Assembly (NCBI GenBank): GCA_947085565.1
Contig: CAMTWZ010000017.1
Span: 4,526 to 68,525, forward strand
DNA: 64,000 bases
From: an uncultured Bacteroidota bacterium
GTDB lineage: Bacteria; Bacteroidota; Rhodothermia; Balneolales; HLUCCA01
Reading direction: 5' to 3'
In this document: piece after piece, positions 44,281 to 53,496 of the stretch
How the letters are laid out: each line of letters begins with the position of its first letter
How positions within the stretch are numbered: position 1 is the stretch's first letter
Notes under the pieces: generated by a model
What the model was told of the DNA's origin: nothing
Databases searched by the model: none
The model's input: only the letters and a program-made list of their open reading frames with translations
Program-made: the position numbers and the translations under genes

Positions 44281-45321
44281 TTAGAGGGAACCGATGACGA
44301 AGACTTTCGAACTATCCCGGAGGCTGTTCTGGCCAACGGTAACCACGGAAGTTCCTAATTCGAGTCCGCTAAGGATCTCGACTTTGGTTCCATTGGTGTA
44401 TCCCACATTCACATTGCGTTTATGCACCAGCGAATCTTTCACCACATACACAGAGGTGCGACCATCTTCGCTGATCAACGAGCCTTTGGGTACGACCATG
44501 GTCTGATAACGGACATCGAACACGATCCGGACCCTGGAGAACATCCCCGGTTTCAGACGGGTGGATGGATCTTTCACATACACCGTGACTTTGAACGTAC
44601 CCGTTGTACGATCCACGATCGGGCTGATCCGTTCCACACGGCCTTTGAATTCGGCCTGAGGAAGTGCGTCGATGTCGAGCAATGTGGATTGCCCCACTCT
44701 GATTTTCGCCATTTCATGCTCAGGAACATGGATGATCGCTTGAAGGGGATCCATATCCGTGATTCTGAACAGCGCTTGGTTCATGGTCACCATATTGCCG
44801 GTTTTGATCATCCGCTCGGATACGATGCCATCGATGGAAGCGCGGATCGTCGAGTTGGTCACGTTCAATCGGGCAAGCTCCAAAGTCGCTTTCTGTGATT
44901 CCATTTCGAATTTCACGCGTTCGAAAGCTTCCGCGCTGATCAGATTCCTTTCGAACATCTCCTTGTTCCGATTGTAATCATTTTGAAGCCTTGAAAGATT
45001 GGCCTCCGCCCGGGCGACTTCCAACCGATATTGATCTTCATCCATGACAGCGAGAGCTTGACCGGCTTTTACCCAATCGCCCTCTTCAACCAGAATCGAT
45101 TTGATGATTCCTGAAATCTTGGCGACCACCTGGGCTTCGTTTTCCGCCTCCAGGGTAGCGGTTGTGGCGTAATACGCGGCGACATCACCAAGAACGACTT
45201 TGGCGGTTTCCACCGGAATCGCTTCGATATCGGTTTTTTTCGCATCTGCGGTTTTGGATTTGTCTCCGCAGGAGACCAGAATGAATGAGAAGAGCAGAGT
45301 GAGAGCGAGGTGCTGGCGCAT
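44281..45321 (-). CDS. RND efflux periplasmic adaptor (membrane fusion protein)
   Basis: 346 aa with a lipoprotein-like N-terminus (LVSCG), a lipoyl/hairpin region VVAKISGIIKSILVEEGDWVKAGQAL and a coiled-coil hairpin. Confidence 0.9.
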   Translation of the reverse strand: MRQHLALTLLFSFILVSCGDKSKTADAKKTDIEAIPVETAKVVLGDVAAYYATTATLEAENEAQVVAKISGIIKSILVEEGDWVKAGQALAVMDEDQYRLEVARAEANLSRLQNDYNRNKEMFERNLISAEAFERVKFEMESQKATLELARLNVTNSTIRASIDGIVSERMIKTGNMVTMNQALFRITDMDPLQAIIHVPEHEMAKIRVGQSTLLDIDALPQAEFKGRVERISPIVDRTTGTFKVTVYVKDPSTRLKPGMFSRVRIVFDVRYQTMVVPKGSLISEDGRTSVYVVKDSLVHKRNVNVGYTNGTKVEILSGLELGTSVVTVGQNSLRDSSKVFVIGSL

Positions 45322-45384
45322 AAGGTTCGACTTGGTGGCTAAGTGAGGGCGCTCCTACGCCATGCCCGAAGCATCAGTTTCACT

Positions 45385-47067
45385 TCATCCCCTAAACTGA
45401 ACCTCTCTCCATTGCTTGAAGAGATAAGCCACCTTCATCCGCTGGTATTTCCCAGTGGATGTGACCGGAATCTCTGTTCCGAACACCACGACTTTCGGGG
45501 ATTTCGAGAAAGGCAGCAACGACCTGCAATGCTGAAGGATCGACTCGGAATCATGCTCACAACCCTCTTGCATCACCACATAGGCGCCCACTTCCTCGCC
45601 GTACCAGTCGTTTTCAAACCCGACGCAAATCGCGGATTTCACCCCCGGGGCTTTGGCCAACACTTCATCGATTTCCAACGGTGCGAGATTCACGCCACCT
45701 CGGATGATCAGCTCTTTCATCCGGCCGGTGATGAAATAAAACCTGCGCCCTTTGGAATCGGTTTGAGCAAATCCTTCGTCACCACTCCGGAACCACCCAT
45801 GGGTGAAGGCCTTTTCGTTGGCTTCCGGGTTCGCGTAATATTCCTTCATCACGTTGTATCCGCGGATGACGATTTCGCCACGCTCGCCGTCCGGAAGCGG
45901 ATTGCCCGACTCATCGTGTATAGCCATTTCGTTGACAGGAAGCGCCACGCCGATACTCGGATAGCCTGAATCCCTCATCCACATGGAGTGTTCCTCATCC
46001 GAAAGATCCAACGGTAGATAGCACGAATAGCAGGTGGTTTCCGAAAGTCCGTATCCATGGATGATCCGAAGGCCGAACGTGTCTTCGAAAGTGCGAGCCA
46101 CGCTTACGGTGAGCGGACCAGCACCGCAAATCACATGACGCAATGGGGTTTGAGCGGGGCGTTGGGCCATCTGATTGAGAAACTGCAGAAGTGTCGGCAC
46201 CACGCTCACGATATGGACATTCTCCTGCTCCACGAGTTGGAAGAATCGTGTGGCATGGAATTTCCGAGTGAGCACCACCGAACCACCGGCGAAGAACGGG
46301 GTGACCAGAGTGACCACGGTTCCGTTCACGTGATGGATGGGGAGCACGCACATCATCCGCGTCTCTTCGTCGATGCGATGCCATCTGGAAATCGCACGGG
46401 CGTCTTCAAGCAGATTGGCCTGGGTGAGAAGCACCCCTTTGGGATTGCCCGTGGTGCCGGAGGTGTACACGATCAGGGCATCCATCCCGATGTGAGTGGA
46501 GGGGAACTCGAGGTTGGAGCGCGAAGCGACGAGTTCGGTGGAATGAGGCAGGTCTGGGGCGATGGAGGCGAGCCGGGGTTGCGCGTCGGCGGCCACGTAC
46601 GCCCACTTCACGAGGCCATGGGTAAGGATGTAGCGGATGCGGTCGTCGTCTTCGCCCAAGTTCACGGGAACGACGGTGAGCCCGGCGTACCACGCCGCGA
46701 AATCATAGACCACGGTATGCCAATGGTTGGTGGCCATCGTTGCGATTCTGTCGCCGGGCTGGAGGCCTGATTCGAGCAGGGCGGTGGCGCAGGCTCGGGA
46801 CATCTCCACAAAATCAGAATAGGAAAACTCCAGGCGTTCGCCCGAGTCGTCGATGTAGGTCAGCCAAGTTCGATGATCACCCGCTCGATCCGAAATCCAT
46901 TCACGTATGGAATCAATCCCAAGCGGCTCATGGACTTGAGAGGAAGTCGACCTGGCGTGACCGATGTTTTTCTCTAGCGACATCCCCGAATGTAGCCGTT
47001 TCCCTCGGCCTTGCAAAAGGCCATCTCGTAACACGGTCTTCCCATTAAAATAACATTGAGTTAACAC
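45385..47067 (-). CDS. AMP-dependent synthetase/ligase (acyl-CoA synthetase family)
   Basis: Contains YTSGTTGNPKGV and GWFRSGD...GR.K. The true start may be the internal ATG at 46983 (MSLEKN...). Confidence 0.85.
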   Translation of the reverse strand: MLTQCYFNGKTVLRDGLLQGRGKRLHSGMSLEKNIGHARSTSSQVHEPLGIDSIREWISDRAGDHRTWLTYIDDSGERLEFSYSDFVEMSRACATALLESGLQPGDRIATMATNHWHTVVYDFAAWYAGLTVVPVNLGEDDDRIRYILTHGLVKWAYVAADAQPRLASIAPDLPHSTELVASRSNLEFPSTHIGMDALIVYTSGTTGNPKGVLLTQANLLEDARAISRWHRIDEETRMMCVLPIHHVNGTVVTLVTPFFAGGSVVLTRKFHATRFFQLVEQENVHIVSVVPTLLQFLNQMAQRPAQTPLRHVICGAGPLTVSVARTFEDTFGLRIIHGYGLSETTCYSCYLPLDLSDEEHSMWMRDSGYPSIGVALPVNEMAIHDESGNPLPDGERGEIVIRGYNVMKEYYANPEANEKAFTHGWFRSGDEGFAQTDSKGRRFYFITGRMKELIIRGGVNLAPLEIDEVLAKAPGVKSAICVGFENDWYGEEVGAYVVMQEGCEHDSESILQHCRSLLPFSKSPKVVVFGTEIPVTSTGKYQRMKVAYLFKQWREVQFRG

Positions 47068-47122
47068 TGCGGCGTGAACTTGGTGCAGTCGAAAAAACCA
47101 ACGCTCATCTCATCCACATCTC

Positions 47123-48526
47123 ATGACGTCCTTAAAATCTTCTTTCTTTCTGCTTCTGGTCGCAGTGGTTTCCTTCGCAGGTTGCAAAAGCAATACCGGT
47201 ACTAAAAACACGGAAACCACTTATGTCGAACTCACAGGTGATTTGACCACCCGCACGCTCACCGCAAACAACAAATACCTGATCAAAGGTCAGGTGTTTA
47301 TTCGCAGTGGACAAGTGGTCACCATCGAACCAGGCACCATCCTTTTCGGCGACAAACGCACTCGCGGAACACTCGTCGTAGGAATCGGCGGACAGTTGAT
47401 CGCCAACGGCACCGCTACCGCGCCAATCGTGTTCACTTCCAATCAAGCAGCTGGAATCCGTGACCGCGGCGACTGGGGCGGACTCGTGATTTTGGGTCGG
47501 GCCAATGTGAACCAACCATCCCCTGCGATTGAAGGAATCACCCCATCCATCGTTTTCGGAACGCTCAACAGCACGGCATTTGACAACGAATCTTCCGGTT
47601 CACTCCGTTATGTGCGAGTGGAGTTCGCAGGAGTCGAGCTTTCGCCAAACAACGAAACCAATTCGATCACCTTCGGTGGTGTGGGTCGCGGAACCGTGGT
47701 TGAGAATGTGATGGTGTCCTTCGGCGGCGACGACGGATTCGAATGGTTCGGTGGCACCGTGAACGGCAAAAACCTGATTTCCTTCGCCACTTGGGATGAC
47801 GATTTCGACTGCGATTTCGGCTGGAACGGAAACGTTCAATTCGGCTTGGTGATTCGCTACCCGGGTTTTGCCGACCAATCGCAATCCAATGGAGTCGAAT
47901 GCGATAACGGTGTGAACGACAACGATGTTCAACCGCTCACCACCGGAACCTTCTCCAACCTTACAGTGCTGGGACCGATCAAAACCGGTTCCACCATTTC
48001 GAATGCGAACTATGCCCACGCCATCGACTTGCGCCGTCGTGTAGCCGCTTCCATCTTCAACTCCGTGTTCACCGGCTTCCCACTTGGAATCCGTTACAAT
48101 CAGCCTTCCGTTCTTGCTAACTACCAAGCAGGAACCGGAGTCTTGGCCAACAATATGATGTTCGCAACCAGTGAAGCCAACGCCTACCGTAATGGAACCG
48201 GCGTCACCGTTGCCGATGTGAAAGCCAACTTTGATGCGGCCAACACCATGATCGTTGGCGCTTTCGCGGATGCGGCCCATACCGCAGCCGGAATCAATCC
48301 GGATTGGTTCTTCGGTGCCCGCCTGGCCGATGCATACCCGGCAGCACCCACCTTCACGGTGACCAGCGGCACCATTCTGACGGGAGCCTCCTTCACCAAC
48401 GCCAAGTTCAACGAAGCCAACCGCACCGCATTCTTCGACAAGACGGTGGCTTTCCGTGGCGCGTTCGGCGCGACGAACTGGACCTCCGGTTGGGCTCAAT
48501 TCAACCCAGTGAACGCAGTGTATTGA
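47123..48526 (+). CDS. Surface lipoprotein of unknown function (GGDDGFEWFGG motif)
   Basis: The lipobox is VVSFAGC. The protein is repetitive and beta-rich, with GGDDGFEWFGGTVNGKNL and WDDDFDCDFGW. Confidence 0.75.
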   Translation: MTSLKSSFFLLLVAVVSFAGCKSNTGTKNTETTYVELTGDLTTRTLTANNKYLIKGQVFIRSGQVVTIEPGTILFGDKRTRGTLVVGIGGQLIANGTATAPIVFTSNQAAGIRDRGDWGGLVILGRANVNQPSPAIEGITPSIVFGTLNSTAFDNESSGSLRYVRVEFAGVELSPNNETNSITFGGVGRGTVVENVMVSFGGDDGFEWFGGTVNGKNLISFATWDDDFDCDFGWNGNVQFGLVIRYPGFADQSQSNGVECDNGVNDNDVQPLTTGTFSNLTVLGPIKTGSTISNANYAHAIDLRRRVAASIFNSVFTGFPLGIRYNQPSVLANYQAGTGVLANNMMFATSEANAYRNGTGVTVADVKANFDAANTMIVGAFADAAHTAAGINPDWFFGARLADAYPAAPTFTVTSGTILTGASFTNAKFNEANRTAFFDKTVAFRGAFGATNWTSGWAQFNPVNAVY

Positions 48527-49023
48527 TGAGATTACCCTTCCTAATTGCGATTCTGACCTCACTCACCTTCTGCTCCAAAGCGCCTGATTCGGTCGAATCA
48601 TTCGCGGCGGAGCAGGTCTTGAGTCCCGACGATCGGCATCAGCTTATGATGCCGATCGTTCGTCATATTGGGGATGGGCTCGAACTCGAACTCATCCATG
48701 TCGATTCCACTACTGGTTTCACCTACTTCATGGTCACCAGAGCCGCAAAAAGCCTCTACGAGAAGCGCATCGCCATCGGCGGCAAACTCAAGACCGATTC
48801 AGCCGACTCCCTCATCCACTTCGAAGAAATCTTCCGCACCTGGAAAATGACCGAAGACCAGCTCAAGCCGAAATCGGCACTTCTGTTCAGATTGATGATC
48901 GAAGGCAAGGATCTGAGCCCTTGGTATCCTGAAAACTCAGGAGCCGAGGAATACATCGAATTTCCGAATTCAACCATCACTTACGACCCGCAACTGCGGA
49001 AATGGACAACCACCGCAAACTGA
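48526..49023 (+). CDS. Small lipoprotein, unknown function
   Basis: MRLPFLIAILTSLTFCSK lipobox. The ATG overlaps the upstream TGA (TGATG). Confidence 0.6.
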   Translation: MRLPFLIAILTSLTFCSKAPDSVESFAAEQVLSPDDRHQLMMPIVRHIGDGLELELIHVDSTTGFTYFMVTRAAKSLYEKRIAIGGKLKTDSADSLIHFEEIFRTWKMTEDQLKPKSALLFRLMIEGKDLSPWYPENSGAEEYIEFPNSTITYDPQLRKWTTTAN

Positions 49024-49025
49024 TC

Positions 49026-51791
49026 ATGAAAACTACCCTCCTCTCCCTGCTCTTTTTACTCCCCTTCACGGCTTTCGCACAATCCACCGGCTCCATTTCA
49101 GGCGTCGTCATAGATGCTGAAAACAAAGAGGCGGTGATTGGCGCTTATGTCCTGATCAAGGATCTCGGAATCGGCGGCGTCACCGACATCGACGGCCACT
49201 ACACCATCCGGAACGTCCCGGTGGGAAAACACATCGTCACCGTCTCTTATGTGGGATACAATACCATCACGTTGACGGATGTGACCATTACCCAAGGACA
49301 GCGCTACACCCTGAACCTGATGCTTGAAAAGGGAAATGCGCAGTTGGATGAGGTGACCATCGTCGCTTATCGTCAATCGAGCACGGTCGAATCCGTGATC
49401 AACGAAATGCGCCGCGTTCCCCAGGTCGCCGTGGGGGTGTCGAGCCAGCAGATGTCGCGCTCCCAAGACAACAACGCCGCACAAGTGATGCGCAGAGTGC
49501 CCGGAATCACCATCGTGGAGAACCGCTTCGTGATGATCCGCGGACTGAGCGAACGCTATAACAACGTGATGATCAACAATGTGTCGGCCCCGAGCACCGA
49601 AGTGGACAAGCGCACGTTCTCCTTCGACCTGATCTCTTCCGGATCCTTGGACAAGATGCTCATCTTCAAATCAGGCACTCCCGATCTCCCAGGTGATTTC
49701 GCCGGCGGCGTGATCAAGCTCTACACTGTAAACGATGTTGAAAAGAGCTTCGTTAAAGTCAATTTCGGTCTCGGTTACCGATACGGCACCACGGGCAAAG
49801 ACTACTACCAATCGCAGGGCTCACCCACGGATTTCCTCGGCTTCGATAACGGGTTCCGCCGCCTTCCTTCCAACTTCCCATCCTCCAACACCTTGCAGAA
49901 TTCTCCTCGGAATTCTCCCATCCGGATCGATGCGGCACATTCGCTGTCCAATAACTTCGTCCCCGAAAAGCATACGTCATGGGCCGACCAATCCATGGGC
50001 ATCACCTTCGGCAACACACGTAAATTCGGTGGAAAAGAGCTGTCCAACATCACCGCGATCGGGTACTCTACCGGATATCAGTCATTCAACCGCGAATTCA
50101 AGCGGTATTTCGAATGGACGGATGAATCGCAAGACATCCTTCAACGCTTCGCTTATCAGGATCGCAATTATCAGAAAGACAACAAGATCAACCTGATGTC
50201 GAATTGGAAATTGCAGATCAATCCGACCAACAGCATCCAATTCAAAAATCTGTTCAATCAGATCGGGGAGAATGAGACCATCATCCGCGAAGGAGCTGAT
50301 TACATCCAGCGTCCCGGTGATGATCTGCGCAATTATTTGTTGGGATACCGGAGCCGGTCGATCTACACCGGTCAGTTGGAAGGCATCCACAACAACTTGC
50401 GTTGGGTCGTAGGGGGAAGTTATTTGAATGAAGACGAGCCGGATTTGCGCCGCTTCCGCACCTTCCGCCCTCAGGTGGGATCCGAGACATACATGATGCA
50501 GATGCCCCCCTCATCGAACCTGTTCGATACCGGACGCTATTACGGCCAGCTTCATGAGTATTCATTGAATCACGGACTCGATTACACCTACCGCGCCATC
50601 AAAGCCGGTTATGTGGTGGATTGGCGCGACCGTTCCTTCAACTCACGGTACATGTCGTATCTGTATCCGGGATTCTTCAATCCGGATGTGCGCGAAACCC
50701 TGATCCGCCTGCCATTGAATGAGATCTTCAGTGAAGAGAATGTCAAGAATGTGGATGGATTCGTGCTGGAAGAAGGCACCCGTCCGATTGATTCTTACAC
50801 CGCATCCACGCTTACCAGCGCGGGATATGTGAGCGCTCAGATTCCATTAAACAGTTTGACCGTGATCGGCGGAGTTCGATTGGAGCATAACCTGATGTCG
50901 ATGGATAGCCAAGACGATTTCCAAATGCTTTCCGTTCGCAACCCGATGCTCTCCCTGCTTCCTTTCCTGAACACCACATACCAAGCCAGTGAGCGTACTC
51001 AAATCCGTATGGCATACGGACGCACAGTGAACCGACCCGAATTCCGCGAATTGGCTCCGTTCGTATTCTATGATTACAAGTTGGATGGCGGACGTGTGGG
51101 CAATCCCGGTCTTCGCAACGCCACCATCGACAACCTCGACCTTCGTTTCGAGCGTTATCCGCGTCTGGGCGAATCCATCACCGTGGGTGTTTTCTACAAG
51201 TTCTTCAACAATCCGATTGAGAATAAGACCATCGTGAGCACAGAAACTCCCTTCTTCGGTTATGTGAACGCAGACTACGCCACCAGCTATGGTCTGGAAG
51301 TCGAGGTGAGAAAATCGTTGCAAGGATTCACCAACAGCCAGTTTCTTGACCGCTTTTCAGTGAATATGAATGCCTCTCTCATTCACACACAAGTGAACTT
51401 GGGCGGAATCGCGGAAGCGGAGAGCCAAGTGCGTGCGTTGCAGGGCCAGTCGCCATACATTCTCAATGCGGCCCTGTACTATGAGAATGTTCGCGGCGGA
51501 CTCTCAGGAAATCTGGCATACAACGTGGTTGGTCCGCGTATTTATTCGGTGGGTGATGTCTTATACCCAACGATCTACGAAATGCCGCGCCACAGCTTGG
51601 ATCTGACCGTGACCCAGAAATTGGCCAGGAACGTGTCCGCCAAAGTTGGAATCACCGATATCCTGAATTCACCTTACAGATTCTACCAAGATTCCGACCG
51701 GAACACGAAAATCGACTTGAACAGAGATCACGCGATTTCCACCTATACACGTGGACAAGCCGTCAGCTTCTCTGTGACCTACGATTTCTGA
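49026..51791 (+). CDS. TonB-dependent receptor with CarboxypepD_reg-like N-terminal domain
   Basis: Signal peptide, then GSISGVVIDAENKEAVIGAYVLI..TDIDGHYTIRNVPVGKHIVTVSYVGY, a plug region, and a barrel ending ...SFSVTYDF. Confidence 0.9.
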   Translation: MKTTLLSLLFLLPFTAFAQSTGSISGVVIDAENKEAVIGAYVLIKDLGIGGVTDIDGHYTIRNVPVGKHIVTVSYVGYNTITLTDVTITQGQRYTLNLMLEKGNAQLDEVTIVAYRQSSTVESVINEMRRVPQVAVGVSSQQMSRSQDNNAAQVMRRVPGITIVENRFVMIRGLSERYNNVMINNVSAPSTEVDKRTFSFDLISSGSLDKMLIFKSGTPDLPGDFAGGVIKLYTVNDVEKSFVKVNFGLGYRYGTTGKDYYQSQGSPTDFLGFDNGFRRLPSNFPSSNTLQNSPRNSPIRIDAAHSLSNNFVPEKHTSWADQSMGITFGNTRKFGGKELSNITAIGYSTGYQSFNREFKRYFEWTDESQDILQRFAYQDRNYQKDNKINLMSNWKLQINPTNSIQFKNLFNQIGENETIIREGADYIQRPGDDLRNYLLGYRSRSIYTGQLEGIHNNLRWVVGGSYLNEDEPDLRRFRTFRPQVGSETYMMQMPPSSNLFDTGRYYGQLHEYSLNHGLDYTYRAIKAGYVVDWRDRSFNSRYMSYLYPGFFNPDVRETLIRLPLNEIFSEENVKNVDGFVLEEGTRPIDSYTASTLTSAGYVSAQIPLNSLTVIGGVRLEHNLMSMDSQDDFQMLSVRNPMLSLLPFLNTTYQASERTQIRMAYGRTVNRPEFRELAPFVFYDYKLDGGRVGNPGLRNATIDNLDLRFERYPRLGESITVGVFYKFFNNPIENKTIVSTETPFFGYVNADYATSYGLEVEVRKSLQGFTNSQFLDRFSVNMNASLIHTQVNLGGIAEAESQVRALQGQSPYILNAALYYENVRGGLSGNLAYNVVGPRIYSVGDVLYPTIYEMPRHSLDLTVTQKLARNVSAKVGITDILNSPYRFYQDSDRNTKIDLNRDHAISTYTRGQAVSFSVTYDF

Positions 51792-52735
51792 GCTCTTGCG
51801 AACACTCCGAGTGGCAACGGAACGCCGCTTCGGGGTGTGAGCATCAGTTCGCCGATCTCGATTTCCGACTGGCTGCCCAACGACTGTCTCAGTAAGTTGC
51901 CCGCCACGATCGATGAGAATCCGAGAGAATAGGTGTTCAGCACGATGAAATGCTCTTTCGGATCCAGCAGCTTCACCACATCTGTCATCAATTCATACAC
52001 GCTGTCTTCCAGCTTCCATTTCTCACCTTTGGGGCCGTGTCCGTAAGCCGGCGGATCCAAAATGATACCGTGATAGGTGTTGCCGCGGCGCACTTCCTTC
52101 TGAACGAATTTCACCGCATCATCCACCATCCAACGGATGTCGGTCAATCCGTTCAATTGCATGTTGTCGTTGGCCCAGGTCACCACTTGCTTGATGGAAT
52201 CGACATGCGTGACCGTGGCACCAGCTGCCCTCGCGGCGATCGAGGCCGCTCCGGTATAAGCGAACAGATTCAGGAACCGAGGGTTGGGCGTTTTCAGCGC
52301 CTTGATGCGTTCGGCGATGTACTCCCAATTCACCGCCTGTTCGGGAAACACGCCCACATGCTTGAATGAGGTGAATGCCAACCTTAGTTTGAAATCCAGA
52401 TTCGGGCTCTTATATCGGATATTCCATCGATCCGGAAGTGCTTTCGGCCGGCGCCAATCGCCGGTGGACGGTGATCGGCCCACAAACGTCACATCCGCTT
52501 TTTTCCAATCGGAATCGGGTAAAGCGGGCTTCCACAGAGCTTGCGGTTCCGGACGAATCAGGGTAACGGAGCCGAATCGCTCCATTTTCAGGAAGTTGCC
52601 GGAGTCGATCAACTCGTAATCGGACCAGTATTCTGGTGTGAGAGGCGAAATGGTCAAAATGCTGGATGCTGGATGCTGGATGCTGGATGCTGGATGCTGG
52701 ATGCTGGATGCTGGATGCTGGATGCTGGATGCCAA
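51779..52735 (-). CDS. Class I SAM-dependent methyltransferase (RlmI/COG1092-like); the first 26 codons of the annotated ORF are a heptamer array
   Basis: Contains LNLFAYTGAASIAA...HVDS and IILDPPAYGHG. The ORF-track start is TTG at 52735. An alternative TTG at 52657 (giving MTISPLTPEYWSDYELIDSG) lies just past the array. Confidence 0.8.
   Translation of the reverse strand: MASSIQHPASSIQHPASSIQHPASSILTISPLTPEYWSDYELIDSGNFLKMERFGSVTLIRPEPQALWKPALPDSDWKKADVTFVGRSPSTGDWRRPKALPDRWNIRYKSPNLDFKLRLAFTSFKHVGVFPEQAVNWEYIAERIKALKTPNPRFLNLFAYTGAASIAARAAGATVTHVDSIKQVVTWANDNMQLNGLTDIRWMVDDAVKFVQKEVRRGNTYHGIILDPPAYGHGPKGEKWKLEDSVYELMTDVVKLLDPKEHFIVLNTYSLGFSSIVAGNLLRQSLGSQSEIEIGELMLTPRSGVPLPLGVFARAQKS
52659..52732. 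repeat. Heptamer array ATGCTGG x10 plus a partial unit
   Basis: Perfect copies counted directly. On the minus strand they read (ASSIQHP)n in the methyltransferase frame. Confidence 0.95.
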
Positions 52736-52762
52736 AGTTACGAAGTTTGATCCTCTTCACAT

Positions 52763-52872
52763 TTTCACGCTTTCACGCTTTCACGCTTTCACGCTTTCAC
52801 GCTTTCACGCTTTCACGCTTTCACGCTTTCACGCTTTCACGCTTTCACGCTTTCACGCTTTCACGCTTTCAC
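52763..52872. repeat. Octamer array TTTCACGC x13 plus a partial unit
   Basis: Perfect copies counted directly. The array lies 30 nt from the heptamer array and 10 nt from the stop of the upstream gene. Confidence 0.95.
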
Positions 52873-52881
52873 ATTTCCACA

Positions 52882-53496
52882 CTATCCCGGTCTCTCAATC
52901 TCAAACACCTCTCCCAACCGACTCCACTGGGCCCCGGCAAGGCGTGCCACCGGATTGAGCTTGTGCACGTCGATGCGGGTTCCATCCATCACGGCGTCAT
53001 CCACGCCTACCTGCACCACTTCACCGAAAATGGCGTCGCATCCGCCTTCACCCTCGCCGAAGGAGATCATCTTGTGCAAACGGCACTCGAAATTGACCGG
53101 ACTCTCTTTCACACGGAACGCCCTCACGATTTTCGAGGGGATGGGGGTGAGTCCGCTCACTTCGAATTCATCCACGCCATGATCATACTTTCCCGAGCAG
53201 GCATTCACCGCCGGCGCCATCTGTTCGGTGACCACCGAAATCACAAATTCGCCGGTTTCTTTGATGTTCTTCACGGTATCCTTCAATTCCTCATATTTCT
53301 TGAATCGCAGAGGGAAAAACGCCAGAATCATCGGATTGTAGCACACCACATTGAAGAAGCTGAAGGGCGCGAGATTCCGATGTCCGGTCGCGCTGATGCT
53401 GCTCACCAAAGCGATCGGCCGCGGAACTACAGCTCCGATCAACAGCCGGTAACCTTCTTTAGGGTCTTTTAAAAAAAGGGGATTGTATTCAGGCAT
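52882..53496 (-). CDS. Flavin reductase-like (FMN-binding split-barrel) protein
   Basis: Contains VVPRPIALVSSISATGHRNLAPFSFFN. The start was set to the internal ATG at 53496, which leaves only an 8-nt overlap with the hmgA 3' end (hmgA ends at 53489). Confidence 0.8.
   Translation of the reverse strand: MPEYNPLFLKDPKEGYRLLIGAVVPRPIALVSSISATGHRNLAPFSFFNVVCYNPMILAFFPLRFKKYEELKDTVKNIKETGEFVISVVTEQMAPAVNACSGKYDHGVDEFEVSGLTPIPSKIVRAFRVKESPVNFECRLHKMISFGEGEGGCDAIFGEVVQVGVDDAVMDGTRIDVHKLNPVARLAGAQWSRLGEVFEIERPG

Noticed and set aside
52659-52872. Possible CRISPR array (regular repeats), also considered for 16189-16292.
   Set aside because: The units are 7-8 nt with no spacers. The 35-bp-period element has only three units and no unique spacers of CRISPR size. 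No cas genes are in the window.
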